Notes under the pieces: generated by a model
What the model was told of the DNA's origin: nothing
Database searches by the model: none
Seen by the model: only the letters and a program-made list of their open reading frames with translations
Translations under genes and position numbers: made by a program
In this document: positions 34,493 through 36,490 of the stretch, one piece after another
How positions within the stretch are numbered: the first letter of the stretch is position 1
Layout of the letters: every line of letters starts with the position of its first letter
Source: a virus
Lineage: Duplodnaviria > Caudoviricetes
Reading direction: 5' to 3' (one strand)
DNA: 36,490 nucleotides
Virus record (IMG/VR): IMGVR_UViG_3300025357_000003
Coordinates: 1-36,490 of that record

Positions 34493-35104
34493 ATGCTTAT
34501 CAATCTCAAAGCTTTGAAGGCCGTCGCGCTTTTCGTGTCGAAGGATGAAACCCGTTACTACCTGAAGGGGGTCAATGTTCAGTTTCGCGATGATCACGTC
34601 ATCATGGTGGCGACGAACGGGCACTACCTGACTGCAATGCGTCAGAACCTGGACGAGCCGCTCGACAGTCCGATAGCAGATACGATCATCCCGATCGAAT
34701 TGATTGACCGGATCAAATTAACCAAACATGACGACAAGGCCGAATTGTACGTCGATGGTTCCAAGGTAACGATCACCTACATGGGGGCAACATACGTCGA
34801 TGGCCACATTGACGGCACTTTCCCCGACTGGCGCCGTATCACGCCGTCCAGCGTATCTGGCGAAGCAGCGCAATATGACGCGTCCTATGCAGCTCTCTAC
34901 ATGAAAGCAGCTCGCATGTTCGACAAGTCAGCGCAGATCAAAATCGCGCACAATGGTTTGAGCCAGGCGCTTGTGACGTGGTTGCCTGTCGAGTCCGGCT
35001 TGGACGCTTTCGGTGTGCTCATGCCGATCCGCTCCAATGGAGCCCTAACTTCGCCCCCCACATGGGCGCAAGTAACCTCCACAAGCGTTGCCCAAGCGGC
35101 CTGA
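34493..35104 (+). CDS. Truncated DNA polymerase III beta-clamp-like protein
   Basis: SKDETRYYLKGV, MVATNGHYL, IDGTFPDWRRI, GVLMPIR; only 203 aa. Confidence 0.8.
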   Translation: MLINLKALKAVALFVSKDETRYYLKGVNVQFRDDHVIMVATNGHYLTAMRQNLDEPLDSPIADTIIPIELIDRIKLTKHDDKAELYVDGSKVTITYMGATYVDGHIDGTFPDWRRITPSSVSGEAAQYDASYAALYMKAARMFDKSAQIKIAHNGLSQALVTWLPVESGLDAFGVLMPIRSNGALTSPPTWAQVTSTSVAQAA

Positions 35105-35191
35105 TGCGCGTCCTTCCCATTCTCCCAATCACCCAGGCGGCGCGCTTCCCGGCGCGTCGTCCCGCTCACCTGATCGCAAAGGAATTGAACA

Positions 35192-35377
35192 ATGGAAACC
35201 AAAAAGCCTCGCGGGTTCGCTTGCATGAGCCCGACACGTCGTTCGGAAATCTCCAGTATGGGCGGCAAGGCCGTTCCGGCGGACAAACGCACCTATTCGA
35301 TCGACAAGTCTAAGGCGTCCGAAAGCGGCGTCAAAGGCGGGTTCGCCAAGGCGCGCAACCGTGGGGGCGAACAATGA
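35192..35377 (+). CDS. KGG-repeat (YciG/GsiB-like) stress protein
   Basis: RGFACMSPTRRSEISSMGGKA...ASESGVKGG. Confidence 0.75.
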   Translation: METKKPRGFACMSPTRRSEISSMGGKAVPADKRTYSIDKSKASESGVKGGFAKARNRGGEQ

Positions 35378-35712
35378 GCCTCCAGGAACGCCGAGACGCC
35401 ATCAAAGCCAAGCTTGAAAAGGCCAAGAAAGGCCATCGCTCCACGCGCGAGCTGGAACGCGAATATAGAATTCTAACCGCCGCCGTTTTGGCCGAACGGT
35501 TGCAACGGGACAAGGAAAACCAGAAACTTCCCGTGAAAGCGCACGAACCTTGCGCCGTCGCAAGTCCTCAATTGTGGGTTATCTTTTGCGAACTCAAAGG
35601 AAGGCCAAACGTCCCTTCCGAACATTGGACAACCTACGATGTCATGATGTCCCTGCTGGCCTACGTAGAAGCCTCAGGAATGGGTTTAGGGCATTCCCAG
35701 CTACCACACTAG
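35374..35712 (+). CDS. Hypothetical protein
   Basis: ATGA-coupled; basic helical N-terminus. Confidence 0.6.
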   Translation: MSLQERRDAIKAKLEKAKKGHRSTRELEREYRILTAAVLAERLQRDKENQKLPVKAHEPCAVASPQLWVIFCELKGRPNVPSEHWTTYDVMMSLLAYVEASGMGLGHSQLPH

Positions 35713-35734
35713 CTCCCACCCCTCGCAAGGCGGT

Positions 35735-35758
35735 CAGGCGGGCCTTAAAACCCGCCTG
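35735..35758. terminator. Hairpin between convergent genes
   Basis: CAGGCGGG-CCTTAAAA-CCCGCCTG; no U-tract. Confidence 0.45.
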
Positions 35759-35763
35759 CAAGC

Positions 35764-36099
35764 CTATCTATCCCAGTATCGGTCCTCGCGCCCGCCCGTG
35801 CGGAAAATTGGCGGGTCCATTTCATCGGGATCAGCGCATGGCAAAGTTAGCTTGCTGCCACCGGCCAAAATACCTTTCCAGACCTTGAGCGTGTTTCGGC
35901 GCCCAATGCGGCCAAGGTAAATTTGCCACCGATCCCAGATCAGCGCCTGAGCTTTCGCCTCTTCGCTATCCGGTTTCGCATTGGGGTCGATCACGATGAC
36001 CCCGGTGGGGTTGAGTTGCAGTTGGGAAATGAGCTTGTCGTAAAGCGCATCTTCCCGCGCGGCCTTGATCCGCTTCGCAGTTATGTCCTCTCGCATCAT
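35764..36099 (-). CDS. Hypothetical protein coupled to the initiator gene
   Basis: ATGA overlap with the initiator stop; occupies the lambda P-like position but shows no recognisable motif. Confidence 0.65.
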   Translation of the reverse strand: MMREDITAKRIKAAREDALYDKLISQLQLNPTGVIVIDPNAKPDSEEAKAQALIWDRWQIYLGRIGRRNTLKVWKGILAGGSKLTLPCADPDEMDPPIFRTGGREDRYWDR

Positions 36100-36490
36100 G
36101 CCAGCCCCAATCCGCGCTTCATCCGCGCCAGGTTCTCTTCACGGGAAATCAGGGGACGGCTTCCCTGATAGCTGGACTGCTGCTGGCTGGACCTGAAAGG
36201 CGTCACGTTTGTGCGGTCTCCCGCGCGCCTGCACCAATTTCGCCAAGTCGCCTGCCAATCGCTCTTGACGCCCTTCTGCCCAGGCTGAGACGCCCAGTAA
36301 TCGCGAAAGGCGTCCAGCTCGTCGCGAAGCTTCGGCCCAAACACTTCACGTCCCATCGTCTCCCCCTTTCCGTCAGGAACCCAAGTTTGCGCGAGGCGAG
36401 CGCCCCGCGAAGCGGGCGCCGCACGTTGCGTGGCACAAACGATAGGAGGGGTTAAGGAGGGGGGGGTATATAGGGGATTATATATACCGG
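36096..36490 (-). CDS. Replication initiator protein, 3' part (begins at 353)
   Basis: FRDYWASQPGQKGVKSDWQATWRNWCRR; the frame is open across the junction. Confidence 0.75.
   Translation of the reverse strand, partial: GIYNPLYTPPSLTPPIVCATQRAAPASRGARLAQTWVPDGKGETMGREVFGPKLRDELDAFRDYWASQPGQKGVKSDWQATWRNWCRRAGDRTNVTPFRSSQQQSSYQGSRPLISREENLARMKRGLGLA
36364..36490. repeat. Terminal direct repeat, copy 2
   Basis: Identical to 1-127. Confidence 0.95.

Noticed and set aside
36364-36490. 127-bp repeat as a biological terminal repeat
   Set aside because: Its length equals a standard assembler k-mer and it falls in the middle of a gene; best explained as circular overlap.

Overview
Complete, circularly assembled ~36.36 kb tailed dsDNA phage genome (positions 1-127 repeat exactly at 36364-36490). 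It has a podovirus-like virion module and a probable alphaproteobacterial host (both inferred). There are four transcription blocks. (+) 1305-5664: recombination/accessory genes (YqaJ-like exonuclease, RecT-like annealase, SSB-like, RusA, glycosyltransferase-like). (-) 33400-5616: late genes (HNH, large terminase, portal, scaffold, capsid, tail, internal proteins, lysis). (+) 33915-35712: early genes (truncated beta-clamp homologue, KGG protein, small membrane peptide). (-) 1190 across the junction to 35764: RHH regulator, DnaA domain-IV protein, replication initiator. I recognised no integrase, CI-type repressor or DNA polymerase. The most unusual signals are missed by the ORF track: (1) three Arg/Lys-rich micro-ORFs of 10-14 codons, each with its own RBS, just after the portal gene and followed by a compact H-type pseudoknot; (2) a predicted ~80-nt counter-transcribed sRNA with promoter, three C-rich loops and terminator upstream of the initiator gene; (3) a tRNA 3'-half ending in CCA near the terminase gene; (4) a GGGGAC motif in front of nine start codons. 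All product calls come from motif recognition by eye; no database search was run.
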